NCBI RefSeq assembly: GCF_036365525.1
Contig: NC_090380.1
Coordinates: forward strand, 82,345,658 to 82,409,657
Direction of reading: 5' to 3'
From: Heterodontus francisci
Taxonomy: Eukaryota
DNA: 64,000 bases
The position numbers and the translations under genes were made by a program. Shown in pieces: positions 50,661 to 62,868 of this stretch. A model generated the notes under the pieces. That model ran no database searches and was not told where the DNA came from. It worked only from the letters and a program-made list of their open reading frames with translations. Position 1 is the stretch's first letter; each line of letters starts with the position of its first letter.

Positions 50661-51680
50661 TGTAGGCATGGCCATTTTTAAGCCTTTAAATCAGCCCAGG
50701 CCAAAGAACACTTTAAATTCAATCACTGTGGCCAGGGCACTTTGAATTCGACTCATGTGGACTGTCCCTTTAAATCACAAACAAATTGCCTCTGGACAAC
50801 GGAATAAAAATCAATTAAAGAAATACAGGGACAGGCTATCAAGCACTAAACAGCAGGGAGTTCACCAGCCAGTCTTTGAATGCTCAAAGACCTGATAAGG
50901 ATGCCATTCCCTGGACAAGTCATTTCAAATAAAATAAAACCGGTTATCAATTAGCACCCACTCTGGACATCTCCAAGCTATCAAGACATGATCAACTCAT
51001 CTCCCCTCCATTTTTCACCTACTCTCCTCAAACGAGGCAGGCAACCTTGTTCAAAAGATCTATTCAACAAGTTATATCTGACCTGTCTGACACAAACTCA
51101 TAGGATAATAACAAGACAGTTTTTGGTGTAAACCAATAACACTAACTGGTATAGGGTTTTGCAGCAGAGGAGTTTTTTTTCTTCAGCAAGAGCTTTACAG
51201 GGACAGTAAGAAAAGGCATGCCAGCATCTCCAGCAAACTGTACAGAGTGAGTGCAGAGAACATCAGCACATCAAGACCACAGAGCTCACATTTGAGTTCA
51301 GGACACGCATTGAAGTTAGGAGGCAAATCCTCGACCCAAGATAGACTCTGCACTGCAAACAACGACAGGCCGCTGCCCGCTACAAGACATCGGACCCATA
51401 AGTATCACCAACGAGACTACACGACACATTGCGTGGGCTAAGGTCCCCCTCTCAAACACACCAGACATACACCTTAGGTTAGACTGGGTGGGTGGTGTTT
51501 TTATAGCCATTGTACAAGATAGATTATAAGTGGTTTCACTGTTGGTTTTTGTTTAATAAATACCCTTGTTTGATTCATCATTTACCTGAGTGTTGTTTGA
51601 CATAATTTTCGAATTTCACTTCGCGATATCACAAGTGAGTGTTGGGGGAGGAGAGATTTTTACCGTTATGACCCCGCACA
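50661..51680 (+). mobile_element. About 1-kb non-coding insertion, probable solo LTR
   Basis: Interrupts LINE sequence (ATTCAGC | GATAGTAATGCC). TGT...ACA ends, AATAAA near 51555. TSD not resolved. Confidence 0.6.
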
Positions 51681-52969
51681 GATCAATCACAATTGATAGT
51701 AATGCCATTGAATGTCAAGGGGAGATGGTCAGATTCTCTCTTGTTGGAGATGGTGGTTGCCTGGCACTTGTGTGGAGCAAATGTTACTTGCCACTTATCA
51801 GCTCAAGCCTGTATATTGTCCAGCTCATGCTGCATTTCTACATGGACTGCTTCTGCATCTGAGGAGTCACGAATGGTGCTGAACATTGTGCAATCATCAG
51901 CGAACATCCCCACTTCTGACCTTATGATTGAAGGAAGGTCATTGATGAAGCAGCTGAAGATGGTTGGGCCTAGGACACTACCCTGAGGTACTCCTGCAGT
52001 GATGTCCTGGAGCTCAGATGATTGACCTCCAACAACCACAACCATCTTCCTTTGCATTAGGTATGACTCCAAACAGTGGAGAGTTTTCCCCCTGATTCCC
52101 ATTGATTTCAGTTTTGCGAGGGCTCCTTGATGCCATACTTGGTCAAATGCTGCCTTGATGTCAAGGGCAGCCACTCTCACTTCACCTCTTGAGTTCAGTT
52201 CTTATGGCAATGTTTGAACCAAGACTGTAATGAGGTCAGGAGCTGAGTGGCCCTGGCGGAACCCAAACTGATCGCCATTGAGCAGGTTATTGCTAAGCAA
52301 GTGCCGCTTGATGGCACTGTTGATGACACCTTCCATTACTTTACTGATGATCGAGAGTAGACTGATGGGGCAGTAATTGACTCGGTTGGACTTGTCCTGC
52401 TTTTTGTGTACAGAACATACCTGGGCAATTTTCCACATTGCCGGGTAGATGCCAGTGTTGTAACTGTACTGGAACAGCTTGGCGAGGGGTGTGGCAAATT
52501 CTGGAGCACAGGTATTCAGTACTATTGCCGGAATATTGTTAGGGCCCATAGCTTTTGCAGTATCCAGTGCCTCCAGTCATTTCCTGATATCACGCGGAGT
52601 GAATCGAATTGGCTGAAGTCTGGCATCTGTTTCCTTGCCCATGTTTGACTTGATGCCATGAGAATTCATGGGGTCCAGAGTTGATGTTGAGGACTCCCAG
52701 GGCAACTCTTATTTTTTTCCACAAAAATATACTTTATTCATAAAAAATCTGTAAAAAATACATTCCAACGCAGTTCAAAACAGCACCGAGTTGACATTCC
52801 AAAACGTGCAAAGGAAATCAGTTTTCTTAATACAGGAGTGAGTTGCCTCACAACCCTTCCATTTCAATTTACATGCCATGTACATTTTACAGCAAACCCA
52901 TATCTGGTGTCTGCAGCCTGAGGGGTTTCCCATGGGTCCAGCCCCTCAGTTCACTATGGTGGGAGGAAC

Positions 52970-55814
52970 TTACACGGTGGTCTTTCCCCATTGAGCATTT
53001 GCGGCGGCTGCCCCAAGCTTTAGTACGTCCATCAGCACATAGTCCTGGATCTTGGAATGTGCCAGTCTGCAACACTCGGACGTGGACAGCTCTTTGCGGT
53101 GGAAGACCAGCAAGTTTCGGGCAGACCAAAGAGTATCTTTCACCGAATTGATGGTCCTCCAGCAGCAGTTGATGTTTATCTTGGTGTGTGTCCCTGGGAA
53201 CAGCCCATAGAGCACAGACTCCTTTGTTACAGATCTGCTTGGGATGAACCTCAACAAAACCACTGCATCTCCTTCCACACCTGCTTTGCAAAGACACATT
53301 CCAGAAGGAGGTGGGCAACCATCTCTTGCCCACCACAGCCACCTCAAAGGCAGTGTGTGGAGGGGGTGAGACTCCAGGTGTGCAGGAAGGATCTGATGGG
53401 GAGGGCTCTTCTCACCACCTGCCAAACTACGTCTTGGTGCTTGTTTGAAAATTCTGGTGATGAGGCTCGGGGAACCATCCGACAGGATCCACCATCTCCT
53501 TTTCCTGTAGGGCCTTGAGGACATTCCCTGTAGTCCACTGCCTGATGGATTGGTGGTCAAAGGTGCTTTTCCACAATATGGGTGGTACGGCATGGTCCAA
53601 CTGGATGGAGCGTTCTGCGGCAATGTGACCAGACCCATCCTTCGCAACATCGGGGACAGTTCCCAAAGAACATGGCCTCACTCTTGCCGTGGTTAACTTT
53701 GGATCCTGATGCCAGTTCGAACTGGTCGCAGATGCTCATCAGTCTGCGAACGGACAGCGGATCCGAGCAGAAGACAGCGACATCATCCATGTACAGGGAG
53801 GCTTTGATCTGAATACCTCCGCTGCCTGGGATTGTCACCACTCTCATGCTCACATCCTTCCGAATAGAGTCTGCAAACAAACAAGACAGAGGAGAGAGGA
53901 CAGCCCTGTCTGACTCCAGATTGGATTGGGAAATTCTCTGATTCCCACGCATTGATTGAGACTGTGCTACTGATGTTTGTGTAGAGCAGTTTGATCCAAC
54001 AGCGGATTCCATCCCCAAACCTCATTTTGGAGAGCACGTCTATCATGTAGGTGTGCGATATCCTGTCAAAAGCCTTCTGGTCCAAGCTGATAAGGCAGGT
54101 GTCCACCCTCCTGTCCCGTACGTAGGTGATCATATCCCTGAGTAGCGCAAGACTATCAGAGATCTTTCTGCCAGGTACAGTACAGGTCTGGTCAGGATGA
54201 ATGACACGACTGGCGATAACTTTGGACAGAATCTTGTAATCAACATTAAGCAGTGAGATGGGCAGCCAATTTCTGATTTCTGCCCTCTCCCCCTTCTGCT
54301 TGTAGATGAGGGTGATGATGCCTTTCCTCATGGATTCTGACATGCTGCCGGTCAGAGGCATACTCTCGTATATGTCCAGCAGGTCTGGGCCAATCCAGTC
54401 CCACAGAGCCTAATACAACTCAACTGGTAAGCCGTCGCTTCCGGGAGTTTTACTCGTCTCGAAGGACCTGACAGCATTTGTCAGCTGGTCCAGAGTTAGC
54501 GATTTGTCCAGTTTCTTCCGCATGTTGTCATCTAAGACCTCCGTGATAGATGACAGGAAGGCCCTTAAGGCCGTGCTGTTTGTGGGCTTCACATCGTACA
54601 GCTCAGCATAAAAGGATTTGCTGATCCTTAGTATGTCAGACTGCAAAGACGTTAACGAGCCATCCTCTTCCTTCAGGCTGCTGATCACAGAGCTCTCTCT
54701 GTGTACCTTTTGGAAGAAGTAACGCGAGCATCCTGCTCAATGGAGCGAACTCTGGATCGGTAGATGATCTTGGAGGCCTCTGTGGCAAAGAGCGAGGCCT
54801 GCTGGCTCTTCACCTCTTGGAGATCCTCCTTGATCGCAACCCCCATCGACTGCAGCCGGAGCAGATTCTGCATTCTATTCTGGAGTCGGGACATTTCCCT
54901 CTGTCTCTCTCTCACCTTCTGAATACCTTTGAGGATAAAGAATCTCTTGATGTTCTGCTTGATCGCTTCCCACCAGTGGACTGGAGACTCAAAGAGGGGT
55001 TTCACGGTTCTCCAACCTTTGTAATCCCTTTTGAGTTCCTCAAGGTTCTGTGGGGTTAGCAGTGTAACATTGAGCTTCCATATCCCCCTGCCAACCCGCT
55101 GATCGTGCTGTAAGTAACAGTCGGCCAGTAAGAGGCAATCGTCAGAGATGAACACCGGCTTGACGTCGGTGACAGCATGGGACACAAACAGGAAGTCAAT
55201 CCTGGAACGGGCAGACCCGTCCGATCTTGACCAGGTGTCTCTACGCTGTGCTCCGCCTGCTGGTTTGCTGACATTTGCAGGTCGTGCAGCTTGGCATCTT
55301 TTAGTGTTTCCGTTAGGAATCTGGATATCGCGTCCAATTTGCTGTCATTACTTCCGGATCATCCAGCTGCATTGATGATGCAGTTGAAGTCACCGCCTAG
55401 AATGACCGGCGTGGACGATGCCAGCAGCAGTGGGAGCTGCTGGAAGACGGTCAGCCGCTCACTGCATTGAACCGGGGCGTACAGGTTGATCAACTGGAGC
55501 AGAGCATTGTCGTACATTACATCTGCTACGAGGAGGTGATCACCCACCACCTCCTTAACTTCGGAGGTGGTGAAGTTGCCTCCCTGCAGCAGAATACCCA
55601 GGCCGGAGGAACGGGAATCATTACCCCCTGACCAGATCAATGGCCCATGGGACCACCATCGCAACCATTGCCTGTAGGTGCTGAGGTGGGGAATTCCACA
55701 CTCCTGCAGAAACAGTAGGTCGGCTTTGATCTTGGCGAGGTAGTCCAAGGTCAAAACACATTGTGTAGTAGATTTAACGCTAAGCATGTTAATCGAAGCA
55801 ATCTTTATACCAAT
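52970..55814 (-). pseudogene. Tx1 ORF2: APE endonuclease, RT and C-terminal zinc-binding region; fragmented, with internal deletions
   Basis: IKIASIN, ADLLFLQECG, INLYAP, ILGGDFNC, SDDCLL, KTPGSDGLPVELY, NWLPISLLNVDYKILSK, SGVRQGCPLS, SLYMDDV. Confidence 0.92.
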
Positions 55815-57355
55815 TTTAAAGTTGGGTGTTGCACACCAGTTGTCCTTGCTGGTCCCAGTTCTTGGGTATGTTCTTGCATACCCATAGTGTGCACAAGCTG
55901 TTTCACATTCGTTGGGCTCAGAAACCCCTCCTGGTTACTCATGGGGGGTTTGTTCCACTGGGGGTGACATTGCGGGGGGGGCTTGTAAGCAGCAAGGCTT
56001 GGGCTGTCCTCTGCTGTTGGTGTCTTTCTCCTCTGTTCCTCCTCAAAGACATCACTGCTCCCGGCTTCCCGGAGCTGGAGTGCGCCTGACGCTTCTTTGC
56101 TCTTGGTGTCCCGGAACTGGGATGCGCTGGGCATCTCGCTGGGTTCGGCGCTTTGGGTTTGGGGCGTGCTGAGCCCATCACAGCTTCCAGTGCCCGGGGA
56201 CTGGGGGGCTTTCTCTTCCAGCTCCTTTGAGTTCTGCCGCTTCTTTTGCAGGTGCAATCGTTCCGGCCCTTCCTTGTCCAATGAGGAGGAGCTGCCATAG
56301 TCCGTCTAAGACGGTAGCCTCCTCTTGCCACTGGTTTGGGTAGTGGCCTGTTCCTTTTTTGGAGGTTTTTCCTTTGTGATTTTCCTTTTTAACCACTTGC
56401 CACTGACCAGTTTGTCCATCTGCTGCCTCCTCCTCCATTGATTCTGTCTGTAGAGGAGGGGTTTCCGGGCACAGGGTAGGTGTTGGGTCGCTGGTTGCAT
56501 CTGCCTCCCCTTTGTTCTCCTTCTCAGATAGACTTTCCTCGCTGTGGAGAGGGTTGTTTGTCTCCTTCCCAGCACCAGATGCATTCACCGTTCCTTCTCC
56601 CAGCCTTTCCTTGGACCTTGCCGCCTGAGCATAACTGAGGCAATATTTGGGGAAGGTAGAGGTGGCCTGCCTCACCACACAGGTCGCAGCACTTACTCTG
56701 CTTACAGTCCTTGGTCTGATGGCTTTCCTTCATGGAGACGACTGTGCTGCAGTTGGCTGCCATGTGACCAGATTTGCCACAGATCCGACAAACTCTGGGC
56801 TGCCCTGCAGAGACCAAGAAGCCTGGACTTCTCCCAATAGCCAAGCTGGAGGGGGGATGGATGATGGCTCCATTGGCATTGACCTTCAAGGTCACCTTGA
56901 CCTGCCGCTTGCTGGTCCAAATCCCAAATGGGTCCTTGACATCAGTGCTGCTGCCGGCCCCCTCAACGTACCTGGCGAGGAAGGTGAGTACATCCACGAC
57001 AGGAACATGAGGGTTGTAGAGGTGGCTTGTCACCACCTGGTCATGTTGCGACATCAGAGTGAAGAGCAGCTCCACTGTGAGGATGGACAGCAGCGCCTGG
57101 TTTCCCTTTCTCCTTGAACACTTTCAGGAACTTGATGCATCCCGCCACGTTCTTGAACGTCTCGTCGAAATATCCACTGCCGGGGAAGTCCTGCAGGCAG
57201 AAGGTGTCTGCAGCTTGGAATCCACAGCAATTGATAAGGATTTTCTTGATGAAGAAGGTATGGTACACAGGTGCACCTCCTTCCTTATCCTTTACCACCA
57301 CCCGAACAGTGTTATGCACTCCTTAGCCTGAAGCTCTAGAATTGGTTACAGCCAT
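55815..57355 (-). pseudogene. Tx1 ORF1: gag-like CCHC zinc-knuckle protein (ZCCHC3-like), disrupted
   Basis: ATG at 57355. MAVTNSRASG*GVHNTVRVVV..FCLQDFPGSGYFD, DPFGIWTSKRQ, CRICGKSGHMAANC, CDLCGEAGHLY, then a low-complexity tail. Confidence 0.88.
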
Positions 57356-57393
57356 TTTACTCAAGACCTACCTGGAACAAGATCAAAGGCCAC

Positions 57394-57425
57394 TGATCAT
57401 GGTTTCTTCCCCTGCCAGGTAAGTA
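57394..57425 (-). ncRNA. U1 snRNA 5' fragment (about nt 2-32) forming the head of the Tx1 element; not a functional snRNA gene
   Basis: TACTTACCTGGCAGGGGAAGAAACCATGATCA versus human U1 (A)TACTTACCTGGCAGGGGAGATACCATGATCA: one insertion and one substitution. Confidence 0.93.
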
Positions 57426-57487
57426 ACTCCCTGTGCAACTCCCTCCCGACTGTGTACCACTGTCCTGCTGGTGGGGGGACAGGTTCT

Positions 57488-57682
57488 GCCGTGGGATCTT
57501 TTATGTCCACCTGATAGGGCAAATAAGGCCTCAGTTCAATATCGCATCCAAAAGACACTGCCTCCAACAGCACAGCATTCCCTCAGTACTACACTGGACT
57601 GTCAGCCTTGATTTTTGTGCATGAGTCCTGAAATGGGTCTTCTGACTCAAAGTTGAGAATGCAATCAAATGAGCCACAGCTG
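57488..57682 (-). mobile_element. Deu-domain SINE (SacSINE1-like) head and body fragment
   Basis: GGGATCTTTTATGTCCACCTGA...CATCCAAAAGAC...CCCTCAGTACTACACTGGA.TGTCAGCC. Confidence 0.65.
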
Positions 57683-58444
57683 ATGTGATGTATTTTAGAT
57701 CACAGTATCAATCCACCAACTGTGAATGACCCAATTTTAAATGATTGAAAATGACTTTTAATAAATTTGCAAAACATTTTTCTCGTTAGATGGGGGTACA
57801 GTAGTCAGTTCCTTAGTAACTTAAAAAGTTATTATTTAAAACCTTTCATAATGTACCTATTAGTGCCCTTGTGCTTAATATTTGGAGCTTCCCCAAATGG
57901 CTGCAGACAAATGCAATTAGCGGAAACTCTCGATGGTGATTAATTCACCCTGGGGTTATGGCCTGCTTCTAATGCAATGTCTTTAATACTAACCTAAAAG
58001 ATCACAGAAACTCAAATTGTGTTGAATGCAATTTGTGCTTTAAATTCTACAAACTTTTGTGCCGGTTACGCCAATATCGGGGGACATGCACTGAAGAAAA
58101 GAGCACAATCGAGTAGAAACTCCAGGCCGTAATCTTTGCAATGTCACATTAAGCAGCTGTCTTAAAAAGGCACTGTCTTTATGAAAAAATGTTCTGCAAA
58201 CTAATTTTGTTTGGGTTGAACAGTAACAACAACACCTAGGGTAGGTTCAAATTGAAGCAACTCTCCTGACGCTTATGTGTGGGGAACTCAGTTTGAATAC
58301 AATCCATTTATATGTTCGTTGTCTCCATTGTTATTCCTGCATTTTCTTACCTGCTGAATGCAGATAAATTCAAGCAGAAATTTTTTTTTGGTCATGGGCG
58401 TGAGTGTCACTGCCAAGGCTGACATTTGTTTCTCATCCCTAATT

Positions 58445-58800
58445 TTATTTATTTAGTATTTAGAGATACAGCACTGAAACAGGCCCTTCGGCCCACCGAG
58501 TCTGTGCCGACCATCAACCACCCATTTATACTAATCCTACACTAATTCCATATTCCTACCACATCCCCACCTGTCCCTATATTTCCCTACCACCTACCTA
58601 TACTAGGGACAATTTATAATGGCCAATTTACCTATCAACCTGCAAGTCTTTGGCATGTGGGAGGAAACCGGAGCACCCAGAGAAAACCCATGCAGACACA
58701 GGGAGAACTTGCAAACTCCACACAGGCAGTACCCAGAATTGAACCCGGGTCGCTGGAGCTGTGAGGCTGCGGTGCTAACCACTGTGCCACTGTGCCGCCC
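58445..58800 (-). mobile_element. Full-length young HE1-type V-SINE
   Basis: tRNA-like head GGGCGGCACAGTGG..TGGTTAGC..GGTTCAATTC, V-domain TGTGTGGAGTTTGCA.GTTCTCCC, CR1-type tail GGGCCGAAGGGCCTGTTTCAGTGCTGTA plus (TAAA)n, TSD (CCC)TAATT. Confidence 0.92.
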
Positions 58801-59026
58801 TAATTGTCCTAATTTACCCAAATAATGACGGAAGAATCACCTGTAGATTAGGCTCTCTCTGGTGGAGAGATGTACAATTGCATAATTTTGTCTCAAACAT
58901 GAGACAAATTCAGAGACTGAATGACATAGCAAACCTCCAATTCAATTATGTGCTTTTGATTTGCTGTTGAGAGGTGGACAATGCTGTTAAGGTAACATTT
59001 ATTGTCCATCTACAGTTTCCCTGAAA

Positions 59027-59375
59027 TAAAGGCCTGCTCGAGTCTGCAATTGAAACCTGACCCGACCTCGACAGAATCACATCCGACCCAAGCCCAATCT
59101 GGCCTGAGTCTTTTGATTTTTTCTCGCGCCCGACCCGACCACTGGAATGAAGTTGGTTATATACAAGGCTCTACCTTGGATGGAATCGCTCACTGCAGCC
59201 TAGTGCAGAGTCTGGATGCACGTTTCCTGCCTTGACATCCTGGCTGTCACTGTGTCCAACCCGGCCCGACCCAACCCGAGCCCGAATGCGGGACCTGGAA
59301 GGGCGACCTGACCCGACCCGAACACAACACATGTCGTTGGGCCTGGTCGGGTTCGGGTCGGGTAGCCATGCTCTA
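59027..59375. mobile_element. hAT-type MITE inserted in a SINE (host about 58980-59640)
   Basis: 8-bp TSD CCCTGAAA / CCCTGAAG. TA..TA imperfect TIRs. Many ACCCG/CCCGA subterminal repeats in both orientations. Confidence 0.8.
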
Positions 59376-60550
59376 CCCTGAAGGCATTAAAAGCCAATCA
59401 CATGATGTGAGACCGGAGTCAGATGTAGCTGGACTGGGTAATGATGGCAGCCTCCCTTCCCTAAAGGACATTAATGAACCAGTTGGATTTTTACAATACT
59501 TGGCAGCTTTTGTTGTAATTTTCTCTAGTCTTAGTCCACAAATTATCACATTTATTGAATTCAATTTCACTGCTTATGGCAAATTTGAACTCATGGACTT
59601 GGAGTTGCTGGTGCAACACTATAACCATTGCACAACAGTTTTGGGGGGTGCGGGGCAGGGGGGAATTTTCTACACTATTTTGGCTTTTTAGTTATTTTGG
59701 AATTTTCTTCAAATTTAGTTCTCAGGCCTCCTGAGTATAACATCATTTGAGTAGATAAGAGGCTGGATAGGCAGTTCTACTCCGAGGCCGCTGGCAATGC
59801 ACTTCTACACTTGGCCAATATAAAGGAGCCAATTTTACGTTTTGACAATGGCAGAAAATGGGTGATAACGGTCCGACCTCCTGTGGTGAGTCCCACCCGA
59901 TTTTCTTTTCGATTGACTTGTTGTTCATCGTCTCTAACCATCACTAATTCTCTCAAAACCTTACATGCTTCCCCATTATATCAAGATTACCGCAGCCAGT
60001 TTCCATTGATCTTCTCTGTCTTGTTCCTCCTAAGCTGTAAATATGCCGACTCTGCTTTCAGCCTTCCTCCTAACACAATCTCCTAATGTAATCAGTTGTA
60101 AGGTTTGTTCCTGTTACTGATACAGGAAAGGACATGACAAAATATTCAGTTGTGAATCTACTTTATTGAGACAATGTCAGAACAAGTTTATTGAGTTTTA
60201 TTCAGACGAAAGCAACAAATTCAGGCAGTGATTTACAATCTAGCGTTGTAAGAGGCTCCGTACCCCCTGACAATGGTTCTTGAACTTCAGGAATTACAAG
60301 AACAAAATTGTACACAACACAGGGTTTGGCTCAACCATAAATTTGTTGTTTTATTGAACCCGCTATTCTCCCTAATACAGCACCTCTGTGGTTAGTGAAA
60401 CCAAACAAACTGTCCCCAGTGCAAAACCTTCTACGGTTACGCAAAATTAACTCCTCAATTCCCAACTGAATCCTTCTGCGATTCAACCACTGTTCCCAGT
60501 TACTCAAACGAAGTCACTACAACTTGGTTTAAACTTACAAAACACAAGCA

Positions 60551-60713
60551 AAACCACTACGCTTTAGTCCCAAAACCTCACAAAACCCTCAGACCAATAT
60601 CACTACGATTTGGCGGAAACACTTTGAAATTACAAACAAAAACACTATGCTTTGGTCCCAAACCCTTACAAAACCCTCAGACCAATATCACTACGATTTG
60701 GCTGAAAACACTT
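60551..60713. repeat. Two-copy direct repeat (period about 88 bp) within an unclassified LTR-like tract (about 60247-62516)
   Basis: ACAAAACCCTCAGACCAATATCACTACGATTTGGC occurs twice. Further pairs: TGTTGATTGTAGG and CCAGACAAATATGATCAG. Confidence 0.8.
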
Positions 60714-61193
60714 ACAACCCCCAACAAGGCCAGTCTGTCCAGTGTTGATTGTAGGTCCTGAGTCAAGGTGACCAATCCTGACCCTTCTTCTGACTGTAGA
60801 CGCCACAAGACAAACCCCTTCAAGATTTGACTGAAAGCTTAAAATCACCCATACGGCTGGTCATTACCAATGTTGATTGTAGGCCTGGATTGGGAGATGA
60901 CTTGTCCCCATCCTTCTTTAGCTGACTGCAGCACAGTCACTCCAATATGCCCTCTTTTTACATAGTCCAGACAAATATGATCAGTTCGTACTGGTTGAAA
61001 CAATACAGTCATTCCATGGAAAAATAGCCCAGACAAATATGATCAGCTCTCATATTGTTAAAACAACCCTCTTGCTGTTTTGAGGCACTACAGTAAAAGC
61101 ACTTGGTGCCGAGGTTGATGAAAGTGTGACTGTCCCGTTTCTCTCCTTGACAGGCACCAATCATAGTTACAATGGCCAGATTACAGAACCATT

Positions 61194-61940
61194 GGCCAGG
61201 ATTTAACCATAGGTGGATGGGAGCTGGCCACCAACTGAAAAGTCGGTGGCGAACCCGCTTCTACTTCACCTGGGGATCCGACCCATATTTTGGGGGTCCC
61301 CGGGCTTCAATTGTTCTGAGGCAGGACTTCCACCCGCTTGAGGCAGGAAGTCCCGCCGAATGGAGCTGCCAGTCAATCAGCAGGACGGTAGTTCCTAGAC
61401 CCAGCAGCGCCACTGGGAAAGTGGTGCCCACTGCTGGGACTATAGCCCAGCTTGAAGTAAAGATGCCAGGGAGCCTGGAAGTCAGGTAAGTTTTGGTTGC
61501 CTCGCCGGGGGTAATCGGTTGGGCCCCGGCGAGGCAAGGGTGGTTGGTTGGGGGGACGGGGGGCGTTCTGGGTGTTGAGGGTGGTTAGGGTAGCAGGGGC
61601 GGCTGTCCATTGGGAACAGGGTGCCCGATCAAGAGGGCCCCCCAGAACCTTCGAGAGCCGCCTGCTTTTGTCAGGCGGCTTCTCTCAGGTCTAGGACACC
61701 CACTTGCCATGCATAATATCCACTTGGAGGTGGGTGAAGGCCCTTAAGTGGCCGTTAAGTGGCCATTTAAGGGCCTTGATTGGCTTGGGGCGGGCAGGCC
61801 GTTTTTCCCGCTGTCGCCCTGCGTAAAGTGGCGGTGGAGGCGGGAGTGAGTCAGGAAGGGCTCCCGGAGCCTCCTGCTCCAGTTTACCCCCCTCCACCCC
61901 ACCACCATCTCACTCTTTGAGGTGACGTAAAATTCAGCCC
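61194..61940. mobile_element. PIF/Harbinger MITE
   Basis: TIR GGCCAGGATTTA / AAAATTCAGCCC, TSD ATT/ATT. Confidence 0.85.
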
Positions 61941-62868
61941 ATTGTCAGTGATGCTGGCCTTAGTTGTATTCCAATTCCTTAATTGTATTATCTCAACAGC
62001 ATGTTCCTTGTACCATCGTTTATGGTAATCAGTCTCTTAATTGCATTAGGTAATGACAGGTAACGGCTTTACCCTGGTACCATTGTTCCATGATAGCACT
62101 CAGTCAATGTCCAAATCCTTGTGATGAGCCACTGTCTTTTACTAAATGTCCGAATTAACCCTTTGCTGCCCAGCCCTGTGCTGTTGGCTGCAGCTTGGCT
62201 TATGTGTTTTATAGTTCAAAAACATGAGGTCAAAACATGTCTGTGGGCCTGGATTTTTATATTCCATAAATTTCCCAATTGGAAGGGATTCTGATGCTAC
62301 ATGTGGGCTATAAATCTCCTGTATTAGTTCTGGCCAGGGGAGTGCATGTCTTCTGCAGCTTTCGGTCTTCAAACCATTCCTCTTCTCCTTTGCCATCTTG
62401 TTTCCAGTTCTTTTCCTCCATACTGGACCTGATCGGAAGGGTCTCTTTTATTCTCGCTCTTATCCACCTAATGTCCTGAAAATCAAATTGTAATCTGACC
62501 CGTGCCCATCACCACATAGCCATGTCTCACTGGACGAATCGTGGGTGAGTAGACTGCATGGCCTAAAGATGAGTACACATACGCCACCACAACTTCTCCA
62601 TTCATCATTGTCTCAGCATCCCATTATCTCAGTCTTTTTTGGGAGCGGTGGCAGGTGTGAAAAATGGCGGTGGTCACACTTGTAACATCTGCGGCCATGC
62701 CGCCACGCAGCCATTTTGCATAAGGCCATCGCCCTGAATCACGTGGCAGGGATGCCATTGGCTATGCCATTCACCTGATGTTGGAGCAGGTGCTGGCGCC
62801 GTCTTTAAAAGGCTGCCAACCCTGTATTTACTCCCTGCGTTCATTCATCATCACCTTCCTGAGGCTAA

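Larger units (their letters stand above)
52709..57425 (-). mobile_element. Tx1-clade (L1 group) non-LTR retrotransposon, 5'-complete, degenerate, with U1 snRNA head and 16-bp TSD
   Basis: TSD ACTCCCAGGGCAACTC (52693-52708) / ACTCCCTGTGCAACTC (57426-57441), 14/16 identical. AATAAA plus short A tail at the 3' end. ORF1 and ORF2 in order. Confidence 0.93.
49958..57480 (-). mobile_element. CR1-superfamily (L2/Crack-type) LINE split by an LTR-like insert and the Tx1 (segments 49958-50660, 51695-52708, 57426-57480)
   Basis: GPNNIPAIVLNTCAPE..WKIAQVCSVHKK..PISLLS, ALDIKAAFDQVWH, GVPQGSVLGPTIFSCFINDL, MFADDCT. Confidence 0.88.

Noticed and set aside
52693-52708. Tx1 target site resembling U1 (TCCCAGGGC)
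   Set aside because: The 9-nt match is in the opposite orientation to the element and is part of the host LINE. Too short to claim target mimicry.
55815-57355. Host ZCCHC3 gene
   Set aside because: Disrupted by stops and frameshifts, and sits as ORF1 directly upstream of a Tx1 ORF2 within a TSD.
57394-57425. Functional U1 snRNA gene
   Set aside because: Only about 32 of 164 nt are present. No Sm site or later stem-loops, and upstream sequence is LINE rather than an snRNA promoter.
58725-58800. tRNA gene
   Set aside because: The A/B-box region is the head of an HE1-type SINE, continuous with its V-domain and tail.
62142-62476. Minus-strand exon-like segment after TTTTCAG as a possible upstream myosin exon
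   Set aside because: No frame resembles myosin rod sequence or any protein I recognise.
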